From positions 32,001 to 96,000 of the forward strand of contig CAVYNY010000010.1 of the NCBI GenBank assembly GCA_963769935.1: a DNA stretch of 64,000 nt. The letters run 5' to 3'. The position numbers and the translations under genes were made by a program. The notes under the pieces were generated by a model that was not told the DNA's origin, did not search any database, and saw only the letters and a program-made list of their open reading frames with translations. Shown here one piece after another: positions 47,577-57,047 of this stretch. Each line of letters starts with the position of its first letter. The first letter of the stretch is position 1. The stretch is from an uncultured delta proteobacterium. Lineage in GTDB: Bacteria > Desulfobacterota > Desulfobacteria > Desulfobacterales > JAFDCJ01.

Positions 47577-50087
47577 TTAGGTCCCTACCTTTTTAATTTT
47601 TTCCCGGCTGATGCTTGACATCCCGGTTTCAAAAATTTGCCAGGACAGCTTCCGGTGCCGAGGAACAACCAGCACGCCGGTAGCCATGTTTTCAACGACT
47701 TTCAGCTTTGCTTCAAGACTACCGTTTCCCGTATGTATGGCAACCGTATCGCCGTCAATCAGGCCCAAACTTGCGGCCGCGCTGGTGTGCATCATAACGG
47801 CCGGTTCCGGTTCCAGTTCCGCCAAACATTGAGAGTGGGCGGAAAGCAATTCAGAGCCGAACGTCAGATCGGTAAAAATTATCTTTAGATTTCCAATGCT
47901 TCCCCGGTCCTCAGCGGGCCGGCGGGACAAATCGGTCATAAACCGCAAATCGGTTTTCGCACCAAGATTAATTCGGATGCCTTCCTCCGGGATATCAGCG
48001 GTTAAATTAACCTCGGCCAGCTGCGTAACAATATCAGCCGGCCACGGGATAGAAGCTGCCGGAAGCATTTTATTTTCCGGCTTTATTTTTTCTTCAGCCA
48101 GTTCCGCCAGAGTCTGCCAAGCAGGCTTTGATTCTGCGCCGGGAGTCCCGGTTCCGTAAGTTCTGGGTGGATGGTCTCCTCCGCCGCTTTGGACGATCGG
48201 AACACCGCCGCTGCAGGCCTGCCGCACCGACTGGGCCCGTCCTTCCTGGTTGACGAATATCCCGTCGGTCTCATAGAGGGTGGTTGTAGGAATAAAAATA
48301 TGCATCTTTTGCAAAGCATCGAATTCGAGGTAGTCCAATACAATCAACAAATCAAGCGCATTCAAGGCCTGCTCTAATCGTCGGCGGTTCGGAAAATAGA
48401 AAAGAGGATCGGATTCTACCAGAATGAGCGATTTGACTTCTCCCTTTTCAATGGCTTCGATGATGTTCAGCAAGGATGCTTGGTCATCGGAGAGAAGCCC
48501 GCCTCCCAAGGCATTGGCGCCCGGCAGCAAGTAAAACAGACCGGCGCTTTTGTCGGCGGCCCGTAAAAACAGGGCCAGATCCGCTGCAACTTCAAGTCCC
48601 TGAGCGGGCAGGATGTCGGTGCCGCATACGATCACCGGCCGCTGACTGTGTTTGAGGCTTTCGGTGGCCGAGGTTATAAAATCCTCCGGGTATCCGGCCA
48701 TCAGATTCCGGTCCGGCAGCGCCCCAAAGAATTTTATCGCATTTTCCCCATAGGAGGCTGCTGGGTCGGGATCCACTGCGGCTTTGATAAATAATCCGAC
48801 CAAACCGCTCAGATCTTCCACGGCAGCCGGCAAATGCTTAAAATCCAGCGGAAGAGAAATGGGCCGGGGATCCATCACAAAAATTTTGGCACCGCTTCTT
48901 TGAGCCTGGCGCATGGCCAACGCCAGCATGGGCGCTTCGTTAATCGGATCCGCCCCGACGCAGAGGATAAAATCCGCTTTTTCCACCTCCCGCAATGACA
49001 CAACCAGTTCGGGCTCCAATCTGGCGATGACGGTTTTTACCTTCGAGGTTGTGGCCGGATCCATAAAATAGGCGGGACTTCGCCAGCCCATTGATTGACA
49101 GAGAAGCCTGAGCATGGCCTGGGTTTCCAGACTGCTGCGGGCGGAGCCGACGGCAGCGATTGCTGATGGCCCAGCGTCGCGGCTGGCCTTGCCCAGTTCG
49201 GCGATCGCAGCCTGCACTGCCTGGTCGTGAGAAGCCGTTTCGCCGCTGATTAATGCCCGGCGCGGTCTGGAGTCGAGGCTGGCGTAGAAAAATCCGTAGC
49301 GCCCCCGATCACAGATAAAATAACCGTTGACGTTTTCGCTGTAGCGGGCTTCCTGCCGCTTGACCTCCCGATACCGGATGTTGGCGATGGTGTGGCATCC
49401 CAGGCAGCAGTTGATACAAATGGAGGGGCTTCGCTGGTAATCCCAGCGCCGGCCGAAATAGCGGGACGGTTTATCCGTATATACGCCGGTGGGGCAGATA
49501 TCGCTCAAGTTGCCGCTGAAGGGGCTTTGCAGCACGCCGTCCTGGAAGCGTCCAAAATAGGTGCGGTTGGCAAGGCGCATCACACCCAGATCGTAAAACC
49601 CGCTGAATTCCTGATAGTAGCGGCTGCAGCGGTAGCAGTGAATGCAGCGATTCATCTCGTGCTGAATCAGGGGGCCCAGGTATTGATCCGTGTAGGTGCG
49701 CTTTTTGCCCGGAAATCTTCGGATCCCGTGACCGCCGGAGACCGTCATATCCTGCAGCAGGCAGTGGCCGCCCTCATCGCAAACCGGGCAATCATGGGGA
49801 TGGTTGACCATCAGCCATTCAATGACATGTTTGCGAAAGTCCACCACCTCTTCGTCCGTAGTGGACACCACCATGCCGTCCCGGGCCGCCACCATACAGC
49901 TCATCTGGATGCCTTTTACCGGCCCGTCGATAAATTTAACGGCACAAACCCGGCAAGCGCCCACCGATCCCAAGGCGGGATGATAACAAAACCGCGGAAT
50001 CATGATCCCCAGCCGGGCGGCGGCCTCGATCACCATAGTTCCGGGTGCAACTTCTATTTCTTGATCATCGATGACAAGTTTGGGCAT
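47577..50087 (-). CDS. nuoG: NADH-quinone oxidoreductase subunit G
   Basis: CYHP...GACRVC, HPHDCPVCDEGGHC, RCIHCYRC...ICPTG, plus an N7-type CINCCLGC...CDRGR. Confidence 0.95.
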   Translation of the reverse strand: MPKLVIDDQEIEVAPGTMVIEAAARLGIMIPRFCYHPALGSVGACRVCAVKFIDGPVKGIQMSCMVAARDGMVVSTTDEEVVDFRKHVIEWLMVNHPHDCPVCDEGGHCLLQDMTVSGGHGIRRFPGKKRTYTDQYLGPLIQHEMNRCIHCYRCSRYYQEFSGFYDLGVMRLANRTYFGRFQDGVLQSPFSGNLSDICPTGVYTDKPSRYFGRRWDYQRSPSICINCCLGCHTIANIRYREVKRQEARYSENVNGYFICDRGRYGFFYASLDSRPRRALISGETASHDQAVQAAIAELGKASRDAGPSAIAAVGSARSSLETQAMLRLLCQSMGWRSPAYFMDPATTSKVKTVIARLEPELVVSLREVEKADFILCVGADPINEAPMLALAMRQAQRSGAKIFVMDPRPISLPLDFKHLPAAVEDLSGLVGLFIKAAVDPDPAASYGENAIKFFGALPDRNLMAGYPEDFITSATESLKHSQRPVIVCGTDILPAQGLEVAADLALFLRAADKSAGLFYLLPGANALGGGLLSDDQASLLNIIEAIEKGEVKSLILVESDPLFYFPNRRRLEQALNALDLLIVLDYLEFDALQKMHIFIPTTTLYETDGIFVNQEGRAQSVRQACSGGVPIVQSGGGDHPPRTYGTGTPGAESKPAWQTLAELAEEKIKPENKMLPAASIPWPADIVTQLAEVNLTADIPEEGIRINLGAKTDLRFMTDLSRRPAEDRGSIGNLKIIFTDLTFGSELLSAHSQCLAELEPEPAVMMHTSAAASLGLIDGDTVAIHTGNGSLEAKLKVVENMATGVLVVPRHRKLSWQIFETGMSSISREKIKKVGT

Positions 50088-50170
50088 GGGGTTGTCCGAA
50101 AATCATTCTTCAGATGGTCACTCCATCATTTAACCGGTGGCCTTTTTAGTTAGGCTTTTGGCCGTAATAA

Positions 50171-50274
50171 TGGAGTGGTGGAGTACTGGAGTAATGGAAA
50201 AATCCCCAAAAGGATCTAAGGAATATAATTCCGCTAATATCCAATTCTCCAATACTCCATTACTCCAACACTCC
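50171..50274. repeat. Inverted 8-mer cassette (TGGAGTAA / TCCAWYAC)
   Basis: TGGAGTGG TGGAGTAC TGGAGTAA TGGA ... TCCAATTC TCCAATAC TCCATTAC TCCAACAC TCC. Confidence 0.88.
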
Positions 50275-50339
50275 GTCAATCAATTAAAACACATAAACTT
50301 CATCAAACAAAAAATCTCAATTTTTTAAGATAGCCCAAT

Positions 50340-51605
50340 CTATCTGAAGGGGCACTTCTTCCGGCTGATATGTTCCTGGATCTCACCCTTAAAATGCTTG
50401 AGCAAACTTTCCAGCGGCGCGATGGCGCCGGGGGCAAAGGCGCAGTAAGCATTCCACAGATGGTGGCACATGCGCTCGAGCATGGGGATATATTCCGGTT
50501 CACCCCGGCCGTCTTCAATCCGTCTGAGAAGTTCCAGAATGTAGGGCAGCCCTTCACGACACGGCGTGCACCAGCCGCAGGACTCCCGGGCAAAAAATTC
50601 AATTAAATTGACAGTGGCACCCACCAGACAGGTTTTATGGTCGAATACCATAATGGCACCGGTTCCAAGACGGTTGCCGATGTCGCGCAGCGGCTTAAAA
50701 TCCATCTCAATGTCGTAGTGTTCTAGCGGCAGGAAACCGGTGGAGGCCCCGCCGGGCAGGCAGGTTTTAAATTCCGAACCTGCCGGCATGCCGCCGGCAT
50801 GTTCTTCTATGATTTCGCTGAGACGGACCCCCATCGGCAGCTCATAACAGCCCGGTTTGTTCACTTTGCCGCTGACGCCGAAAATCTTGGTGCCGGCACC
50901 GCTTTCTGTTAATGCAAGATCTTTGAACCACTGTCCGCCGTTTCTGATGATATGCGGCAGACAGGCAAAGGTTTCAACATTGGAAAGCACGGTGGGCTTG
51001 CCCCAGAGTCCTTTTTCCGTCGGATACGGCGGCGGTTTCATGGGATTTGGCCGTTTGCCCATCAGCGCGTTCAACTGGGCGGTAACCTCACCGCATATGT
51101 AGCGGCCGGCACTGCGATGAACGACAAGCTCCAGGGAATATTTGCTGCCTAAAATGTTTTGGCCCAGATAGCCCTCCCGGCGGGCGATTTCAATTTCTCT
51201 TTCCAGAATTGCAGCAGCATTTTCATACTCGGGGCGGATAAAAATTATGCCCTTTTCCGCCTGCGAAGCATACCCGCCGATGATGATGCCCTCGATCAGC
51301 ATGTGCGGATCGGCGTGGATCAGCACCCGGTCCTTGAAGGTACCCGGCTCCATTTCATCGGCATTGCACACGATATAACGCGGAAATTCCGCATCATCGG
51401 CTACCGACATCAGCTTCATACCGGTTGGAAAGGCCGCCCCGCCGCGGCCGAGCAGGTTGGCATCCATGATCGTCTGCCGGACATCCTTGAGAGAATAATC
51501 CTTCAGAACGTTCGCCAGCGGCTGGTAGCCGCCGCTTCGGCGGTATTCTTCAAGGGTTGCAATCCGGTCCGGTTTGCGGTTTTGAAGTAGAACCTGTGGA
51601 TACAT
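50340..51605 (-). CDS. nuoF: NADH-quinone oxidoreductase subunit F
   Basis: GRGGAAFPTG, NADEMEPGTFKDR, YICGE, ESCGWCTPCREG. Confidence 0.96.
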   Translation of the reverse strand: MYPQVLLQNRKPDRIATLEEYRRSGGYQPLANVLKDYSLKDVRQTIMDANLLGRGGAAFPTGMKLMSVADDAEFPRYIVCNADEMEPGTFKDRVLIHADPHMLIEGIIIGGYASQAEKGIIFIRPEYENAAAILEREIEIARREGYLGQNILGSKYSLELVVHRSAGRYICGEVTAQLNALMGKRPNPMKPPPYPTEKGLWGKPTVLSNVETFACLPHIIRNGGQWFKDLALTESGAGTKIFGVSGKVNKPGCYELPMGVRLSEIIEEHAGGMPAGSEFKTCLPGGASTGFLPLEHYDIEMDFKPLRDIGNRLGTGAIMVFDHKTCLVGATVNLIEFFARESCGWCTPCREGLPYILELLRRIEDGRGEPEYIPMLERMCHHLWNAYCAFAPGAIAPLESLLKHFKGEIQEHISRKKCPFR

Positions 51606-51606
51606 T

Positions 51607-51641
51607 TAAAATGCCTAAATTGCTCTAAAATGCCTAAAATT
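51607..51641. repeat. TAAAATGCC 9-mer array at the nuoF start
   Basis: TAAAATGCC TAAATTGCTC TAAAATGCC TAAAATT; a second 7-mer array TAATAAC GAATAAC TATTAAC lies at 51707-51727. Confidence 0.82.
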
Positions 51642-51759
51642 AGGAAGAAAATCCATCTATCATTTCATCTATCGTACATATAGATGCAGATGCGATCAGC
51701 AAGTTCTAATAACGAATAACTATTAACTCCAAATTGAGCGATTTTCGCTCAATTAAGGC

Positions 51760-52233
51760 TTAAGCTTCCGCTTTTAATTTCTGCAAAATGCCGTCAATTT
51801 TTTCGGCCGTCAAATTCCCGTATGCTTTGCGGTTGATCAGCATGGCCGGCGATCGATCGCAGTAGCCGATACAGCACACGGTTAAAAGCGTAAACAATCC
51901 GTCCGGGGTTGTTTCACCGGGTTGGACACCCAGCTTCCGGCATAGGTAATCCCGCACGGATTCATACCCGTTCATCCAGCAGACCACGCTGTCACAGACA
52001 TGAATCACGTATTTTCCAACCGGCTCACGATAGATAAACGTGTAAAAGGTGGCCAGTTGCTCAATTTCAAGGGGCGACATATCCAGCAGCCGCGCGGCTT
52101 CCTGCACCCCTTCGTCGGTCAGACTGCCGTAAAAATCCTGAATCGCGAACATCACATCCACGGCCAGCTCCCGCGGATGGTCGACGTGGTCGATTTGTTT
52201 CAGCAAAGATTTTTCAAGTTCTGCAGGTATCAT
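51760..52233 (-). CDS. nuoE: NADH-quinone oxidoreductase subunit E
   Basis: ATFY, VCDSVVC, CCIGYCDRSP 2Fe-2S ligands. Confidence 0.95.
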   Translation of the reverse strand: MIPAELEKSLLKQIDHVDHPRELAVDVMFAIQDFYGSLTDEGVQEAARLLDMSPLEIEQLATFYTFIYREPVGKYVIHVCDSVVCWMNGYESVRDYLCRKLGVQPGETTPDGLFTLLTVCCIGYCDRSPAMLINRKAYGNLTAEKIDGILQKLKAEA

Positions 52234-52266
52234 AAAATTGTTCGCTCAGGGGTCGATCAACCGTTA

Positions 52267-52327
52267 TTCCACCTTCCGACTTCCCCATTCCGCCTTCCGC
52301 ATTCGACATTCCGACTTCCGACTTCAG
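52267..52327. repeat. TTCCGAC-type 7-mer array, 8 copies, abutting the nuoBCD stop
   Basis: TTCCACC TTCCGAC TTCCCCA TTCCGCC TTCCGCA TTCGACA TTCCGAC TTCCGAC TTCAG. Confidence 0.9.
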
Positions 52328-52328
52328 T

Positions 52329-54719
52329 TCAACGGTCTATATCCGGCAAGATGTAATCAAAAGATCCGATAATGGCGATCAAATCGGCAATCGTCTCGCC
52401 CACCGCCATCAGGGGCATCACCTGAACATTGGCAAAGCCGGGACCCCGGATGCGGGTGCGGTAGGAATAGCCCAGACCGTCGCTGACCACATAATAGCCC
52501 TGCTCCCCGCGGGGTATTTCACATGCAGCGTAAGCCTCGCCCACGGGTATTTTAGGGCCGCGGGTCACGTTGATGAAGTGATGAATCAGGCTTTCAATGT
52601 CGGCCAGCATATCTTCGCGTCGCGGGATGACATAGCGGTAGTCGTCGGTGACATAGCGGCCGGCCGGCATGTTCTCAGACGCCTGCTTGATGATTCCAAG
52701 GCTCTGGCGCATTTCTTCTATCCGCACCAGATAGCGGGCATAGCAGTCGCCGCCGGTGGCGGTCGGCACTTCAAAATCAAAATTTTCGTAACCCGAATAG
52801 GGAAACGCTTTACGCAGATCCCACTGCAAACCGCAAGCCCGCAGATTCGGACCGGTGACCCCCCAACGCATGGCATCTTCGCGGGTCAGCCGGCCGATTC
52901 CCATGGTTCGCGCTTTAAAAATTGGATTTTTGCGGAGCAGGCTTTCATATTCGGCAAGGTACTTGGGAAATATTTTCACAAAATTATCGACCGCCGCCGA
53001 CCAGCCCTCCGGCAGATCGGCGGCCACCCCGCCCAGCCTGAACCAGGAAGGGTGCAGTCGGCCGCCGGTGATTAATTCAACAATATCCAGAACCATCTCG
53101 CGCTCGCGAAAGGTGTAGAAATTGGGAGCCATGGCGCCGACGTCGTGGGCGTAGGTGCCCAGCCACACCAGATGGTTGCTCAGCCGGAAAAGCTCGCTCA
53201 GCATTACCCGGATGACCTGCGCCCGCTCGGGCACCTTGATGCCGGCCAGAGTCTCCACTGCCATGACATACGGCAGATTGTTGGCGGCCCCGGCCAGATA
53301 ATCGACCCGATCCGTATACGGTATAAACTGGTGCCAGGTTTGCCGCTCGGCGATTTTTTCCGCTGCGCGGTGGTGATAACCGATATCCATATCCATGGAA
53401 GTAATCTCTTCACCTTCGAGCGTTACGATATAGCGGATCAGGCCATGAGTGCTGACGTGGTGCGGCCCCATGTTCAAAATGAGCCGATCGTCCCGGCCGG
53501 ACGCTTGGACATAAACACCGCCGTCCAGGGGTTGGTGCCGGCGGGCATCGGCCAGGGTGTAAGGCGGCATCTCGGTCGCCCGGCCCGGGTAGTTTTTCCG
53601 CAGGGGATGACCTTCCCAGTCATGGGGCATGAGCAGGCGCCGGAGGTTCGGATGACCTTTAAAATGCACGCCGAAAAGATCGAAAACCTCCCGCTCGTAC
53701 CAGTTGGCCGACGGCCAGATATCCGTTACGCTTGCGGTGGCCGGATCCCGCCCCGCCAACGGCACTTTTATACGGATTCGGGCGGCTGGTTCAAAGGAAA
53801 GCAAATGGTAGACAAGGGTGTAATCCGGGTAGGCTGCACGCTTGCGCCGGGCGGATTCATCAATGGCGGTAAGATCATCCAGGCGCTGAAAGCGGGGGAC
53901 GGCCTCTGAGTTGAGAAAACGCAGCACATCTTTAAACCGGTTTGGGGCCACCTGCAGCGTCAGCATATCACTGGAGTGGGCTGCCGGCGCCACTGCTTCG
54001 CCGAAGCGATTTTGCAGTGCGCGGGCAAGCTCCTGTGACTTTGAATCCGGCACGATTTGCGCCGCCGGCGGCGTCCACATCCCATCGGAGCGACTGTCCC
54101 AAAATTGGGTGGGCACCACCGAACTGCCCCGGATAGCCGTGCCTTCCATGCCCGGGCCGCGCGGATCCCTGGATTTGGTTTGACCGTCCACCAGAATTGG
54201 TTTTGTGGTGCCCTGGCTGCCCCCTTCAAGATGCAGGACGGGGCGGGCGGGTTTTTCTTGCGCCGTAATTTTATCCTGCAGCATGACCAGACCTTGCAAA
54301 ACGGCCTCCGGCCTGGGCGGACAACCCGGGATATAAACATCCACCGGCAGGATCTGATCTACCCCCTGCACCACACTGTAAACATCATACATGCCGCCGC
54401 AGTTGGAGCAGGAGCCCATGGAGATCACCCAGCGGGGTTCCGCCATTTGTTCATACAGCCTTAATACGACCGGTGCAATCTTTTTAAAAACGGTTCCGGA
54501 AATAATTAATAAATCCGCCTGCCGCGGTGATGGACGCAGAACCTCAGCTCCGAAGCGGGCCATATCGTAACGGGCGGTGAAGGCCGTGGCTTCCTCGACA
54601 AAACAGCAGGAAAGTCCGAAGAACATGGGCCACAAACTGTACTTGCGGGCCCAGTTGATAACGAGGTCGACATTGTCGAGGAGTCGTTCGTTCAGCTTTT
54701 TATGTGCGTCGGCCCCCAC
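52329..54719 (-). CDS. nuoBCD: Fused NADH-quinone oxidoreductase subunit B/C/D
   Basis: NuoB ([29 protein letters not shown]), NuoC ([21 protein letters not shown]) and NuoD (GPHH.STHG, TDRVDY, DIDR) in one 796-aa ORF. Confidence 0.94.
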   Translation of the reverse strand: MGADAHKKLNERLLDNVDLVINWARKYSLWPMFFGLSCCFVEEATAFTARYDMARFGAEVLRPSPRQADLLIISGTVFKKIAPVVLRLYEQMAEPRWVISMGSCSNCGGMYDVYSVVQGVDQILPVDVYIPGCPPRPEAVLQGLVMLQDKITAQEKPARPVLHLEGGSQGTTKPILVDGQTKSRDPRGPGMEGTAIRGSSVVPTQFWDSRSDGMWTPPAAQIVPDSKSQELARALQNRFGEAVAPAAHSSDMLTLQVAPNRFKDVLRFLNSEAVPRFQRLDDLTAIDESARRKRAAYPDYTLVYHLLSFEPAARIRIKVPLAGRDPATASVTDIWPSANWYEREVFDLFGVHFKGHPNLRRLLMPHDWEGHPLRKNYPGRATEMPPYTLADARRHQPLDGGVYVQASGRDDRLILNMGPHHVSTHGLIRYIVTLEGEEITSMDMDIGYHHRAAEKIAERQTWHQFIPYTDRVDYLAGAANNLPYVMAVETLAGIKVPERAQVIRVMLSELFRLSNHLVWLGTYAHDVGAMAPNFYTFREREMVLDIVELITGGRLHPSWFRLGGVAADLPEGWSAAVDNFVKIFPKYLAEYESLLRKNPIFKARTMGIGRLTREDAMRWGVTGPNLRACGLQWDLRKAFPYSGYENFDFEVPTATGGDCYARYLVRIEEMRQSLGIIKQASENMPAGRYVTDDYRYVIPRREDMLADIESLIHHFINVTRGPKIPVGEAYAACEIPRGEQGYYVVSDGLGYSYRTRIRGPGFANVQVMPLMAVGETIADLIAIIGSFDYILPDIDR

Positions 54720-55102
54720 TCAAGCCCCCCTTTGTTCCATACATAAATCAGGCCAAGAATCAACACAGCAATAAAAAAAGATATGTGCAGCCAGCCGGCC
54801 CAGCCCAATTTTTCCCAGGCGATGGCCCACGCAAATATATAGGCCGCCTCCACGTCAAAAAGTAAAAAAAAGATGGCCACCAGGTAAAACGGCACCGGAT
54901 AACGCAAGCGGGCACTGCCGGTCGGAATGACGCCGCTTTCATAGGGTCTTAATTTTTCGGTATTCGGTTTTTTTTCCCCGAGCCAGGAAGCTATAAAAAG
55001 CAGCAGGCCGATGATTGCCATAACCATCAGGCCGAATATGACCAGGCTTAAAACCCCGGGCTCCCAGGGAGACAGCCCGCCTGAATTTACGAGAGATTTC
55101 AC
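54692..55102 (-). CDS. nuoA: NADH-quinone oxidoreductase subunit A (GTG start reassigned)
   Basis: [33 protein letters not shown] before the GTG at 55102. Confidence 0.93.
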   Translation of the reverse strand: MKSLVNSGGLSPWEPGVLSLVIFGLMVMAIIGLLLFIASWLGEKKPNTEKLRPYESGVIPTGSARLRYPVPFYLVAIFFLLFDVEAAYIFAWAIAWEKLGWAGWLHISFFIAVLILGLIYVWNKGGLEWGPTHIKS

Positions 55103-55376
55103 GATCCCCTCCGCCAAGACCTCTTCGTTCGTCGTGAGATTAAACAGCAAAAATCAGCTTTGGCACAATGGATGACAACCCGAATCGCATCAGAGCGGAT
55201 TTTGGTCATTGCACTGCTGCTTCTGGCAGCGATTCGCGGGTTAAAAAAATACAACAGGGTGAAATTTATGCAGGAATATCTCAATTTATGCAAGCATAAA
55301 AAAATTTCTAGCTGTTTTTCTTTAAAGCCGTGCATTTTAATCGATTACCGGATTAACCCATCAATCCTTGTTTTAT

Positions 55377-55952
55377 CTACTCTCCTTTCCCGATCCAAAA
55401 TCGCCGCGGCGCCTCGCGATCTTCTGGACTCGCATAGTCAATACCGATTCTCGAACCGGATTTAATCGAAGCCGCCCTAACCGATCGGTGGAACTCAAGC
55501 CACATCAATTGGCCTATTGTGACATCCCAGCCGTTTAGTGATTTGTCGATGGCCATAGCCTGGCATAGTTTGGCCGGACCATTACTCAAGTCTTTTCCTT
55601 TTTTACCCCGCAAGGCTTCCATCTGCGCCAGACCGGTCATCGGTTTAATCGCTCTAATCAAAACGGCACAAGGGTTTCCTACCTGTTCGGTCACAATGTT
55701 GAGCATAAAATGCAGGCCGTAAACAAAATACACATAGGCAACGCCGGCCGGCCCGAACATAACTGAATTACGGGGCGTGCGACCTTTGGATGCATGGCTG
55801 GCGCTGTCGTTGGTGCCTAAATAGGCTTCGGTCTCGGTAATCATACCGCTTAAGACCGTGCCGTTGAATTCACGCACGAGCCTGGTGCCCAGCAGCTCCC
55901 GCGCGACGGTGATGGTATCGCGAAGGAAAAAGGTCTTATTTAAGGGAGCCAT
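55377..55952 (-). CDS. 3-methyladenine DNA glycosylase (MPG/AAG family)
   Basis: VARELLG, ITETEAY, DSASH, YVYFVYG.H, AVLIRA, GPAKLCQA, RIGI; start reassigned to MAPLN. Confidence 0.92.
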   Translation of the reverse strand: MAPLNKTFFLRDTITVARELLGTRLVREFNGTVLSGMITETEAYLGTNDSASHASKGRTPRNSVMFGPAGVAYVYFVYGLHFMLNIVTEQVGNPCAVLIRAIKPMTGLAQMEALRGKKGKDLSNGPAKLCQAMAIDKSLNGWDVTIGQLMWLEFHRSVRAASIKSGSRIGIDYASPEDREAPRRFWIGKGE

Positions 55953-56137
55953 AACACTCCTAAACACCAAACGCAAAACTCTTTTCTCATTAACCAATCG
56001 GGCAAAATGCGCAAAGGATCTGCCCCAAGTTTTTTCCGCATCTTTATCATGAAAATACGCGTTGATCAAAAAAGTTTTATGGAATAAAATCAACAGCGGT
56101 TATTTTGAAATGCAGCCAGGTTAAATCGTGAACGGCT

Positions 56138-57043
56138 ATGCAGACCGGAAAAATTTTTGATATAAAAAAATTCGCCCTCCATGACGGGCCCGGCATCCGG
56201 ACAACCGTATTTTTCAAGGGTTGCCCGCTGTCGTGCTGGTGGTGTCATAATCCCGAGAGCATCTCGCGCGAAACCCAGCGGCTTTATCGCCGGGATCGCT
56301 GCATCGGCTGCAGAGCATGTGAGGATGCCTGCCCCGAGGGTGCGATTCAGGCTTCGGCCGCAGGACTGCTGTGGAATTCAGCCAATTGCAGATTTTGCGG
56401 AACCTGTGCCAGGATCTGTCCGTCGGAGGCGGTGGAATTGGTCGGCAAAACCATGACGGTGGCTGAAGTTGTGGCCGAAATTGCCAAAGACACGGTATTT
56501 TATGATGAATCCGGCGGGGGTGTGACGTTTTCCGGCGGTGAGCCGCTGATGCAGCCGGCCTTTCTGATTGCGCTTTTGAGGGCCTGCGGCGACCTGGACC
56601 TGCACCGGACGGTGGACACATCCGGGCATGCGGACACACAAGCCTTGCTGAAAGCAGCAGGCTTGGCGGAGCTTTTCCTCTACGACTTGAAACACATGGA
56701 TCCTGAAAAACACCGCCGGTTCACGGGGGTGTCCAATGCCAAAATTCTGGCCAATTTAAAATGCCTCAGCCGACAGGATACTGAGATCGTCATACGGTTT
56801 CCCATGGTGCCCGGTTTTAACGATGATGCGGAAAATATCGACCGGACCGGTGCATTTGTTGCTTCGCTGCCGGGAGTCAGCCGCTTGAACATACTGCCGT
56901 ACCACTGTGCCGCCGTGACCAAATATAGAAACCTCGGTTTGAAATTCAAAACAGCGGACATCGGACAACCTTCCCGGGAATATCTCGAGTCGGTTGCCGC
57001 GCGGTTGGAGAATTACCATTTAGAAGTCAAAATAGGAGGGTAG
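56138..57043 (+). CDS. Glycyl-radical enzyme activating enzyme (radical SAM with ferredoxin insert)
   Basis: HDGPGIRT, GCPLSCWWCHNPE, two CxxCxxCxxxCP motifs, SGGEP. Confidence 0.95.
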   Translation: MQTGKIFDIKKFALHDGPGIRTTVFFKGCPLSCWWCHNPESISRETQRLYRRDRCIGCRACEDACPEGAIQASAAGLLWNSANCRFCGTCARICPSEAVELVGKTMTVAEVVAEIAKDTVFYDESGGGVTFSGGEPLMQPAFLIALLRACGDLDLHRTVDTSGHADTQALLKAAGLAELFLYDLKHMDPEKHRRFTGVSNAKILANLKCLSRQDTEIVIRFPMVPGFNDDAENIDRTGAFVASLPGVSRLNILPYHCAAVTKYRNLGLKFKTADIGQPSREYLESVAARLENYHLEVKIGG

Positions 57044-57047
57044 ACAA

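Noticed and set aside
55161..55176. Sigma54 promoter for the nuo operon (TGGCACAATGGATGAC)
   Set aside because: Wrong strand for nuoA and lacks the -12 GC.
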